In this document: one piece after another, positions 56,306-64,000 of the stretch | Position numbering within the stretch: position 1 is the stretch's first letter | Layout: every line of letters begins with the position of its first letter | Source of the DNA: Bacteroidales bacterium | Lineage (GTDB): Bacteria > Bacteroidota > Bacteroidia > Bacteroidales > JAAUTT01 | Length of the DNA stretch: 64,000 nt | Direction: 5' to 3' | Assembly: GCA_038213375.1 (NCBI GenBank) | Contig: JBBQTB010000008.1 | Span: forward strand, 75,180 to 139,179 | Notes under the pieces: generated by a model | What the model was told of the DNA's origin: nothing | Database searches by the model: none | What the model saw: the letters and a program-made list of their open reading frames with translations, nothing else | Position numbers and translations under genes: made by a program

Positions 56306-57481
56306 CTGAATTTGTGTTTCTTCAAGCAATTCCAATATCTGTTTTCTGTCAATAGCTGAGTTTACGCTAATGGCAATAATGTCCATAGAAACATTGATAA
56401 ATTCCGTTTGTGTTTTGCTGAAGTTAGTTAGACTGCCAATTTCTATTACACCCAATGTTTTACCTTCAAACAAAAAAGGAGTAATAAGCAAATGTTTTGG
56501 TTTGGCATTCAGAACAGATGAGGTTATTCGTATGTGTTCTTCGGTTATATCTGTTAAAGAAATTGGTTTCTGTTCTCGCGCCGCTTGTCCTATTAACCCT
56601 TCATTTATTGTAAATTTTTCTTTCACTTCTTTAGGAGACGCAAAGGCATATTGACCGCGAAGCACCAGTGTATTGTCTTTATCATTAAAGATGTAAACAG
56701 CACCTATATTTGCTTTTAGGTATGTGCATAAAAAACTAATTGAATTGGTTGCCAGCTCTTCTATTCGCTGTACTCCTATTAATTTTTCGCTAAGCTTCGA
56801 GTTACCGGTAAGTAGCCAGTTTTTACTTACGGTTTCCGCTTCGGCTCTTTCCAGTGCTCTTAAATTTGTAGTAACTATATTGTATACAATAATAAGAATA
56901 ACAACAATGATCAATAATAGGATGGCAAAAACAACATTAAAAGTTCCGGCATCGCTATCACTGGTTTTTTTTCGTTCGGCAATTAATGGATGTTCTATTC
57001 CCTGTGCCCTATCAATTATTTCTCTTATCCTATCTTCTATTCGTTTTCCTTCACCCGAAGCTACAAATTCTTTGGCTATTGCAAAATCCTTTTTTCGAAG
57101 TTCTATGCATCTGTTAAAAAAACTATTTTGCTTTTTAAATTCCTTCTGAAGTTCCTCAATATTCTTTTGCTGATTAAGATTATCTTTTGTTAATTCCTTT
57201 ACTTTATTAAGATGTTCAAATCCTTTTGCATTGGCATTTAAATAGGGTTCCAGAAAATTATCATCGCCTGTTATAACAAACCCCCGTATGCCTGTTTCAC
57301 CATCAATGGAAGCAACTAATATTTGCTCAAATTCATACAATACCTGGTTGGTATGATTTATCAACGCATTTGAAGCTACAAATTTCTCGCTATTTTTAAA
57401 AGTAAAAATTGCAACTCCGAAAAGGATCAAAACACAAGCAATAAATCCTAATAATATTTTTCTACTAAATGTAATTTCCAT
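56171..57481 (-). CDS. sensor module: TM - CHASE3 - TM - GAF - 21-aa repeats, ended by in-frame TAG 56171-56173
   Basis: The CHASE3-like region (HTNQVLYEFEQIL...ETGIRGFVITGDDNFLEPY) is flanked by two TM helices. GAF-like region (ISFLCTYLKANIGAVYIF...GLIGQAA...GVIEIGS). C-terminal repeats. Confidence 0.8.
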   Translation of the reverse strand: MEITFSRKILLGFIACVLILFGVAIFTFKNSEKFVASNALINHTNQVLYEFEQILVASIDGETGIRGFVITGDDNFLEPYLNANAKGFEHLNKVKELTKDNLNQQKNIEELQKEFKKQNSFFNRCIELRKKDFAIAKEFVASGEGKRIEDRIREIIDRAQGIEHPLIAERKKTSDSDAGTFNVVFAILLLIIVVILIIVYNIVTTNLRALERAEAETVSKNWLLTGNSKLSEKLIGVQRIEELATNSISFLCTYLKANIGAVYIFNDKDNTLVLRGQYAFASPKEVKEKFTINEGLIGQAAREQKPISLTDITEEHIRITSSVLNAKPKHLLITPFLFEGKTLGVIEIGSLTNFSKTQTEFINVSMDIIAISVNSAIDRKQILELLEETQIQSEEKEKRAAELAIANNELAYQNDEKEKRAAELRIAIKELAFQND

Positions 57482-57485
57482 TTTA

Positions 57486-58064
57486 TTATTTGTAAAGTTG
57501 GAGTTGTGTTAATTTTATTAATAAATCGATTATTCCTTCAAGGGATAAAATATAATCCACCTGCATAGCTGCAATTGCTGAAGCTGGCATGCAGCTGGAT
57601 TCTGCGGTGGACGGATCCTGAACAATTGTTAAACCACCGTATTCTTTTATTAGTTTCAAGCCCTTTGTCCCATCACTATTTGAGCCCGTTAGTATCACTC
57701 CAATCAATTTGTTTTTATAGGCTTCGGCAGCCGATTCAAAAAGAACATCAATGGATGGTCTTGCAAAATTTACACGTTCATCTATGGATAGAGAAAATGT
57801 TTTATTTTTTTCGAGAAGCAAATGATAATTAGGTGGAGCAATGTAAATTTTTCCATGTTCAATTTTTTCCTTTTCATCGGCTTCTTTTATTTCGAGATTG
57901 CTTTTATCATTTAAAAGTCTTATCCAAAGGTTTTCAGAATTCGCACTTAAATGTTGCACAATAATAATTGGAATGTTAAATTCCTTTGGTAAAAGAGAAA
58001 ACATGGTTTTCATCGCATTCATTCCGCCGGAAGAAACCCCTATTACAATTGCTTCATAATCCAT
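57486..58064 (-). CDS. cheB: CheB-type protein-glutamate methylesterase/glutaminase, catalytic domain only (no REC)
   Basis: 192 aa. Catalytic-triad contexts GVSSGG (Ser), IIVQHL (His) and TGSNSDGT (Asp). Confidence 0.85.
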   Translation of the reverse strand: MDYEAIVIGVSSGGMNAMKTMFSLLPKEFNIPIIIVQHLSANSENLWIRLLNDKSNLEIKEADEKEKIEHGKIYIAPPNYHLLLEKNKTFSLSIDERVNFARPSIDVLFESAAEAYKNKLIGVILTGSNSDGTKGLKLIKEYGGLTIVQDPSTAESSCMPASAIAAMQVDYILSLEGIIDLLIKLTQLQLYK

Positions 58065-58204
58065 TGTCTTTATTATTATTCTGGTAAGGGTATTAGTTTT
58101 AATAACTCATCTTAGTGAAGGCGATGTACCATTATTGATTCATTTATAATGCGAATTAAGAGGGAGGTAAACCTTAATTGCCATCCGTTTTAGACGTTAC
58201 ATTT

Positions 58205-59029
58205 TTAATATTTTTTTTTAAATATTCGTTGTTGTTTATCCAACTCAGTGTATTCATCATGAAAATTAGAAAACCGTAAACCCTCTTTTGAACCCAAACA
58301 TAAAATTCCACCATCAATCAAGCTGTCATAAAAAAGTTTTTGTACTTCATTTTGTAAATTTCTATCAAAATAAATAAGCACATTTCTGCATAATATCAAA
58401 TGTACCTCGGCAAATACACTATCAGTTACCAAATTATGATTTGCCCAAACAATATTTTTTTTTAGTGATTGATTCATGATAACGTTATCATCATCGGAAA
58501 TATAATAATTCGAAAAAGATTCCTTACCTCCCGACAATTGATAATTGGAAGTGTATTCTTTCATCATTTTGTTGGAAAAAATTCCTTGTTTCGCGTAGTT
58601 CAGCGCTTGTTGATTAAAATCTGTGGCATATATCGTAGTTCTGTCATACAAGCCCTCCTCCTGTAAAATAATCGACATTGAATACGCTTCTTCGCCTGTG
58701 GAACAGCCAGCGTGCCATATTTTTATAAAAGAATAAGTTTTTAAAACGGGTATAACTTTTGCCCTCACTGATCTGTAAAAGCCCGGGTCACGAAACATTT
58801 CGGTAACCGTTATTGAAAGATCTTGTAATAGACTGAAAGTGAATGTTTCATCATACAGAACCTTCGATTGCATTTGAGAAATATTCTCTAGTCCCGACAT
58901 CCTCATTTTGTTCATAATCCTTCGTCTGATGTGGGATTCGGAATACTGCCTGAAATCGTAACCGTATTTCTGATAAATAACTTCTAATAAGGATGAAATT
59001 TCCAGTTCCGTTGTATCTTTATATTTCAA
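58205..59029 (-). CDS. cheR: CheR-type protein-glutamate O-methyltransferase
   Basis: TEMFRD, IWHAGCSTGEEAYS and CRNVLIYF motifs. The track start is a TTG and there is no in-frame ATG upstream. Confidence 0.85.
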   Translation of the reverse strand: MKYKDTTELEISSLLEVIYQKYGYDFRQYSESHIRRRIMNKMRMSGLENISQMQSKVLYDETFTFSLLQDLSITVTEMFRDPGFYRSVRAKVIPVLKTYSFIKIWHAGCSTGEEAYSMSIILQEEGLYDRTTIYATDFNQQALNYAKQGIFSNKMMKEYTSNYQLSGGKESFSNYYISDDDNVIMNQSLKKNIVWANHNLVTDSVFAEVHLILCRNVLIYFDRNLQNEVQKLFYDSLIDGGILCLGSKEGLRFSNFHDEYTELDKQQRIFKKKY

Positions 59030-59255
59030 TTTTATAAAGTAATTTTTCTCATTGTGTTCCGTCGTTTATAATCTGTTATTAAGTTCAGGTTTAAGTGAAT
59101 AAATGGTATAAAGTTTCAATTAAATTTACCTGTTTTTAATGATTAATTTTTGGCGGCAAGTAAAGTTAAATTGTATTTAAAGAGTTACACAATTCTTAAT
59201 AAAGATTACAATATTCACACATTATTATGTGCGTGTTAATTTTATTTCTTTCTTA

Positions 59256-59483
59256 GTTCTACTTTACGAAGTTGTTTATGATTTATTTTCAATTTATAAG
59301 CCCTGTAAGGGCAAAATATATCAGCCCAGCCTAACGGGCTGGGTAAAATAACCGATAATAAATTTAGGCCTGAAAGGTCGAAATATTATTAACTTTAAGT
59401 GCTTGATCCAATTAACCCGACGCTTCGCAGCTGGCTGGTCTATATCGCACTTTCAGTGCTTATTTAAGTTCGTAAAGTAGAAC
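59256..59483. repeat. 228-bp MITE-like element with 18-bp terminal inverted repeats and internal hairpin modules
   Basis: GTTCTACTTTACGAAGTT (59256-59273) against AAGTTCGTAAAGTAGAAC (59466-59483), 17 of 18 complementary. Internal modules are GCCCTGTAAGGGC + A/T spacer + CCCAGCC-TAACG-GGCTGGG in forward orientation, and a diverged copy (GCACTGAAAGTGC...) in inverted orientation. Confidence 0.6.
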
Positions 59484-59513
59484 CTAATTTAAACTAATAA
59501 TTGTTTTTACATC

Positions 59514-59942
59514 ATGGAATTATCAATAAATACATACGAGTTTGGCGAACGACCGGAAGTAAAAATGCCAAATCCGGAAATTCTCATTTTTTTAAAGGAA
59601 GAAGGAATGCGCAAACTGGTTAGTGATCATTATGATTTAATGCGGGAAAGTACGATTCGAAATCTATTCCCCGCCAATAATGAAGCTTTTGAAGCTATAA
59701 AACAACATTCGGCGGATTTTTTTATTCAAATCTGCGGAGGGCCGGCTTATTTTAATCAAAACCGCGGTAAACCTATGCTAATAAATAGACACGCCCCTTT
59801 TAAAATAACCTATGAAGCAAGATTGACATGGCTCGACTGTTACCGGACTGCACTTCTGCGCCTTGAGATTCCGGAAGAATACATACTTTCCTTCTGGAAT
59901 TACATCAATGTCTTTTCTATTTGGATGGTAAATACAGATTAA
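59514..59942 (+). CDS. truncated-hemoglobin-like (bacterial globin family) protein
   Basis: 142 aa. FFIQICGGPAYF...RHAPFKIT...W pattern resembles group II/III truncated globins, with a candidate proximal His in RHAPF. Confidence 0.5.
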   Translation: MELSINTYEFGERPEVKMPNPEILIFLKEEGMRKLVSDHYDLMRESTIRNLFPANNEAFEAIKQHSADFFIQICGGPAYFNQNRGKPMLINRHAPFKITYEARLTWLDCYRTALLRLEIPEEYILSFWNYINVFSIWMVNTD

Positions 59943-60122
59943 GAAAACCCTTTAAATTATTTTATTTTGCACCATCGTACCTCAGATTAATAAAATAAAC
60001 TATGATTCAAAAAACATATCAAAATCTATTTAAGTTTTATTTATCCTTACTATTGTTTTTCGGTGTAAATCTGGAAGTTAAATATTACCTTAAGGTTAAG
60101 TGAAAAATAATTAGTAAAATAT

Positions 60123-60170
60123 TTTGTTACTTTAAAATTATACTCTACATTTGTAGAGTATAATTTTAAA
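60123..60170 (+). promoter_or_regulatory. promoter (TTTG-N19-TACATTTG) overlapped by a perfect 19-bp-arm palindrome, the candidate BlaI operator
   Basis: TTTAAAATTATACTCTACA (60131-60149), tt, TGTAGAGTATAATTTTAAA (60152-70). The TACA/TGTA core is as in BlaI/MecI operators. The -7 element TACATTTG at 60146-60153 lies at the dyad centre, and the -33 TTTG is at 60123-60126. Confidence 0.7.
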
Positions 60171-60179
60171 GTATAGAGC

Positions 60180-60548
60180 ATGAAATTGACAAACGCCGAG
60201 GAACAAGTAATGAAGTACCTTTGGAAACTTGAGAAGGGTTACATGAAGAACATACTCGATGAATATACCCGGCCCAAACCAGCTACAACCACCATAGCAA
60301 CGCTTTTAAAGCGAATGATTGATAAACGATTTGTTGGATATAATCAGCATGGGAGCAATCGGGAGTATTTTCCTTTAGTTAAGAAAACAGAATATTTCTC
60401 GAAGCAGGTTAATTCAATGATTAAAGAATTCTTTAATAACTCTGCGTCTCAATTTGCATCTTTTTTTACAACTGAAACTCATTTAAGTGAGAAGGATCTT
60501 AAGGATTTACAACAACTAATTGATAAGCAAATACAAAACAAAAAATAG
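60180..60548 (+). CDS. BlaI/MecI/CopY-family transcriptional repressor
   Basis: 122 aa. The wHTH N-terminus MKLTNAEEQVMKYLW...TTIATLLKRMIDKRFV is typical of the family. Confidence 0.85.
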   Translation: MKLTNAEEQVMKYLWKLEKGYMKNILDEYTRPKPATTTIATLLKRMIDKRFVGYNQHGSNREYFPLVKKTEYFSKQVNSMIKEFFNNSASQFASFFTTETHLSEKDLKDLQQLIDKQIQNKK

Positions 60549-60553
60549 GCAAA

Positions 60554-61705
60554 ATGATTGAATTTGTAGCCAAATCATCCATATGTTTGATTGTATTGTT
60601 TGGTTTTTATCATATATTACTTCGAAACATAAAATCGTTTAATTTCAATAGGTACTATTTGCTCTTCTCGTTGCTATTTAGCATGATAATTCCGTTCATA
60701 AACATTCGAATAGGATTATGTTTGTCTGTTAATACTAGTATTCATGGGTTTACAGCTGAATCAACACGTTTTATTCATGAAGAAATGGCTACTATTAAGT
60801 CTTCTCACTTTTTGACAATTCATAATACACTGATAATTTTTTATACTATAATTTCATCCATTTTATTATTCCGATTTGTTGGCAATATTTATAAAATCCT
60901 AAGACTTATAAGAACAAGTACGAAAGTGGATAATAAAACTGTTCAATTGGTTCTAATTGATAATCAGACACTACCTTATTCTTTTTTTAGAAACATATTC
61001 ATAAATCGCATGGATTATGAAAATGGCAGAATAGAGAAAGAATTAATTATTCATGAAAAAACTCATTGTATTCAATATCATTCAGTCGATATACTTATAG
61101 TTGAGTTGGTTAAGATCATTCTCTGGTTTAACCCTTTCATTTGGTTTTTCAGAAATGCAATTCAATTAAATCATGAGTATTTAGCAGATGATAATGTGCT
61201 GGCATCTCATGATTTAATTGATTATCAACAAGTATTAATAAATTATGTATTCCGGAATAATTCTACATACCTGGCCAGTAATTTTGATTATTCATTAACT
61301 AAAAAACGATTAATTATGATGAAAAATAATAAAAGTACTAAAGCAGGATTTTTAAGAAAGATTGCTGTCATTCCTTTGTTTTTGATCTTAGTGATTCCTC
61401 TGGCTTTTTCTCAAGCGAAGCAAGTTGTCGAACCAAAAGCAAGTGTTAAGAGTCAAAAGACAACATTAGAACGTAAAGAAGAAAAGACAAAGCCACCAAT
61501 GAGCTTTTCTAATGAACAAGAGGCAGGAGAAAAAGATATTAAAGCTGCTAAAGAAGAAAAAAGAATTTTGGCTGAACACCGAAAAAAACTTGCCGATGAA
61601 CAAAAAGCTAGTGCGGAAGAGCAACAGATACTTGTCGAGAAGCAGAAAAAACTTGCTGATGAACAAAAAGCAATAACTGAAGAAGAAAAATTAAAGAATA
61701 ATTAA
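60554..61705 (+). CDS. BlaR1/MecR1-like M56 peptidase-family membrane protein with a K/E-rich repeat tail instead of a sensor domain
   Basis: TM helices, zinc motif HEKTHCIQYH (HExxH), and C-terminal ...RKKLADEQKASAEEQQILVEKQKKLADEQKAITEEEK. Confidence 0.8.
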   Translation: MIEFVAKSSICLIVLFGFYHILLRNIKSFNFNRYYLLFSLLFSMIIPFINIRIGLCLSVNTSIHGFTAESTRFIHEEMATIKSSHFLTIHNTLIIFYTIISSILLFRFVGNIYKILRLIRTSTKVDNKTVQLVLIDNQTLPYSFFRNIFINRMDYENGRIEKELIIHEKTHCIQYHSVDILIVELVKIILWFNPFIWFFRNAIQLNHEYLADDNVLASHDLIDYQQVLINYVFRNNSTYLASNFDYSLTKKRLIMMKNNKSTKAGFLRKIAVIPLFLILVIPLAFSQAKQVVEPKASVKSQKTTLERKEEKTKPPMSFSNEQEAGEKDIKAAKEEKRILAEHRKKLADEQKASAEEQQILVEKQKKLADEQKAITEEEKLKNN

Positions 61706-61780
61706 CTTGGTTAACAGGTGTATGCAAGTAGAACTTTACCTCACTTAATGTAATGGTGTGGAGTCTCTCACACTATTAGA

Positions 61781-61839
61781 CTGCTTGCTGAAAGCAAGCG
61801 GAGGAGCTAAAAATATCATTGGTAATATATAGCTCCTCC
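61781..61839. terminator. two adjacent hairpins between convergent genes (possible bidirectional terminator)
   Basis: CTGCTTGCT-GAA-AGCAAGCGG (61781-61801) and GGAGGAGCTA-N20-TAGCTCCTCC (61800-61839). There is no strong T-run on either side. Confidence 0.4.
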
Positions 61840-61879
61840 GTTATTCTAATAATTCCTTTGTCTTACCGGGTTGAGATAT

Positions 61880-62290
61880 TTATATTACCGCTTCCAGCTC
61901 TTTTCCAATAAGATGAAGCCATTTAATGATTGTATCAAATTGTTTCTCTCCAGAAAAAGCCAGTCCTTTTTTATATTGTCTTAGCAGCGATAGGTTAATA
62001 CGAATTTTCTTTGCAAATTCCGAAAGATAAAAGTAACTATAATGCTCAAAATAATACCGTAAATCAAAGCTGAATTTGAATTTGAGCTCATTGAAGTGCA
62101 CCCTTTGCAAGGCTTCTTTCAAGGATTCGTTTTTTTCAGCATATACTTCAACCATTTCTGCGAGCACCCCACTAACGTTATTCTTTACTTCATTGAGAGT
62201 AAAGCCAAAGCTGGTAATCCCTTCCAGAGAGGCTGTATTAAAATACAAACCATATCCGTCTTTTGAAGGCTAAATTACAGCCTGTACCAT
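61880..62290 (-). pseudogene. hicB: HicB-family antitoxin with a C-terminal HTH, interrupted by an in-frame TAG; no hicA partner
   Basis: The ATG at 62290 gives MVQAVI*PSKDGYGLYFNTASLEGITSFGFTLNEV..., with the TAG at 62270-62272. The C-terminus LSEFAKKIRINLSLLRQYKKG...IGKELEAV parallels the E. coli HicB HTH tail. The track ORF starts at a TTG at 62248. Confidence 0.6.
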
Positions 62291-62346
62291 GTTCTCAGAT
62301 TATTGAAAATAAGTAAAATAATTAAACATTTAAATAAATACTCCCA

Positions 62347-63999
62347 TTACTGCCCCACCAAACCAATGATAGGTTTCCCTACAGCTGCATTCGGACTGGA
62401 TATATTTAGAAAATAACTGATGGTAGGTGCAATATCTGTCATATCCACAATTTCGTTAATAGTGGCACGTTTAACTTTCCACCCATACCAGATAAGAGGC
62501 ACCTGTGCATCGTAAGCATAGGATGAATTGTGGGATGTAGTGGTGCCATTTTTTTCAATCCATCCCGGATCAAGGTTAATCAACACATCACCTGAACGTT
62601 TCTGATTATAGCTTTTTTGGATTTTCGAGTAAACACCATCAGGGAAATAGGCGGTTTGCAAGGTTGTAGCTGTTACAGTATTTGCAACACCGGTAAATTG
62701 CAAGAGAAATTGTGCTACTTTTTGCTGAAAATCGGCTAGGTTAAGCTTCGAATCCTCAATTAAATCGCGGTTAAGGAATAGTTGCTGTGCATAATAGCTT
62801 TTCACCCAGTCGCCACGTCCATAAATTGCATTTAGATAGCTCTTTAACAAGGATAGCGCTGCGTTCTGGCTAAAATACCCCACCGGAATGCCTTTGTCAG
62901 CTAAATAATCAGGATTCTGGGCTGCACCATGATCCGATGTCAGGTAAACTAAAATGTTTTGTTTGCCAATCTCCTGATCGAGAAAATTTAGAAAATGCTC
63001 GAGATCCTCATCTAATTTAATAAATGCATCCATCATCTCTACGGATTCGGGACCGAAATTTTGACCAATAAATTCGGTCGCTGAAAAAGAAACCATTAAC
63101 ATATCCGTATAATCATCCTTACCCAAACTATCGCTCACAATCGCTTGAATTGCAAAATCCTTGGTGTAAGTATTCCCAAAGGGAGTATATCGTAACAAGC
63201 TGAATTTCTTTTTATTTTTATCGATGCTTCCCATTTGAGCCAGGTTGTATGGGAATGTTCTTTTCCCTTCAATTCCTATTTCATACTTATTATCATCGGG
63301 CAAACAGCGATTGACGTACTCCGCCAAAGGAAATTTTGTTTCCCAGCTACGTGTCATATAAATATCGGCAAATTTCTTCTCATTAAAACTGGTAGCCCAA
63401 GTGGGTAATTCTTTCATGTAATATGAACTAGAAACCCATTTTCCACTTTCGTCATCGAACCAGTAGGCAGCGTTTGCAGTTTGTCCCGCAGACAATATCG
63501 CCGACTTTCCCTGAAGCGAAATGGCGATCACTTTCGATTTACCAAAACTTGCAAGACGGATTTCGTCGCCAATGGTGGTGGTGAGCAACTGTCTGGGCGA
63601 CATTCGTCCGGCCTCGTATGAGCCTCCGATAGTTTTTTCTTTGTCGTCGAGAACACAGTTTATTACTTTGTCTTTTAACCGAACGTACCATTCTTCGGAA
63701 ACAATGCCATGATATGAAGGGGTTGTGCCGGTTACGATGGTCGCGTGTCCCACGGCTGTTTGAGTAAACAAATAGTTGAAATTGGCATTTTTACAATAGG
63801 TACCCTCATTCAGAAGACGTTTAAATCCTCCTTCACCAAATTTGTCCCAATAGCGATTAATATAATCGTGGCGCATTTGTTCGATAATAATTCCTACAAT
63901 GAGTTTTGGTTTTTCCGGAGGTATACGTGTACTCGACTGCGAAAGAATTATGTTAGTCGAAAGCATAATAATTAACAGTATAATCGATGTTTTTTTCAT
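62347..63999 (-). CDS. alkaline-phosphatase-superfamily (nucleotide pyrophosphatase/phosphodiesterase-like) secreted protein
   Basis: Signal peptide MKKTSIILLIIMLSTNIILS. Metal-site contexts IIIEQMRHD, GHATIVTG and YLTSDHGA. Confidence 0.7.
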   Translation of the reverse strand: MKKTSIILLIIMLSTNIILSQSSTRIPPEKPKLIVGIIIEQMRHDYINRYWDKFGEGGFKRLLNEGTYCKNANFNYLFTQTAVGHATIVTGTTPSYHGIVSEEWYVRLKDKVINCVLDDKEKTIGGSYEAGRMSPRQLLTTTIGDEIRLASFGKSKVIAISLQGKSAILSAGQTANAAYWFDDESGKWVSSSYYMKELPTWATSFNEKKFADIYMTRSWETKFPLAEYVNRCLPDDNKYEIGIEGKRTFPYNLAQMGSIDKNKKKFSLLRYTPFGNTYTKDFAIQAIVSDSLGKDDYTDMLMVSFSATEFIGQNFGPESVEMMDAFIKLDEDLEHFLNFLDQEIGKQNILVYLTSDHGAAQNPDYLADKGIPVGYFSQNAALSLLKSYLNAIYGRGDWVKSYYAQQLFLNRDLIEDSKLNLADFQQKVAQFLLQFTGVANTVTATTLQTAYFPDGVYSKIQKSYNQKRSGDVLINLDPGWIEKNGTTTSHNSSYAYDAQVPLIWYGWKVKRATINEIVDMTDIAPTISYFLNISSPNAAVGKPIIGLVGQ

Positions 64000-64000
64000 T

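Overview
This is an AT-rich chromosomal segment with Bacteroidota hallmarks: TTTG/TAnnTTTG promoters, weak Shine-Dalgarno signals, and DUF5916, DUF5686, GH125, GxxExxY and Rpn-type genes. I count about 50 protein genes and found no rRNA, tRNA or CRISPR by eye. No database or alignment tool was available, so every family call rests on motifs I can read in the translations.

Layout:
- 1-23.5 kb: housekeeping and envelope genes (partial DUF5916 gene missing from the ORF track, RlmF, MiaB, a 1261-aa GH2 beta-galactosidase, LysC, PpiD-like, MATE pump).
- 23.8-29.1 kb: a decayed restriction-modification islet (HsdM-like, RhuM, broken hsdS, frameshifted GxxExxY gene, multiply broken dam-like gene).
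- 29.1-33.5 kb: a nitrite-ammonification / nitrosative-stress cluster (NrfA, NrfH, YgbA-like, cupin, 4Fe-4S protein, Rrf2).
- 34.7-37.7 kb: GH125 and GH5-like glycosidases.
- 38.0-46.6 kb: a trehalose cluster (GalU-like, an 1111-aa GHMP-kinase-like plus UDP-sugar-pyrophosphorylase-like fusion, GH15, fused OtsA-OtsB), followed by MetY.
- 48.2-59.0 kb: the most unusual region, a 10.8-kb minus-strand operon. Its order is cheR, a REC-less cheB, a CHASE3/GAF sensor, two tandemly duplicated hybrid histidine kinases, and a REC-PAS-HK-REC-HPt protein.
- 59.5-64 kb: globin-like gene, BlaI/BlaR1-like pair with a perfect operator palindrome, broken orphan hicB, alkaline-phosphatase-family gene.

In the 48.2-59.0 kb operon the two duplicated kinases have N-termini made of 63-bp (21-aa) tandem repeats. 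One of them also carries a Q/E-rich heptad segment. A single in-frame TAG separates the sensor from its kinase. No MCP, CheA or CheW gene is in the window. I propose, as inference only, that this is a methylation-adapted, receptor-less phosphorelay in which the repeat helices are docking and/or CheR/CheB substrate modules.

Second candidate: a promoter, 36-codon leader ORF and three-segment attenuator/terminator directly upstream of the MATE efflux gene.
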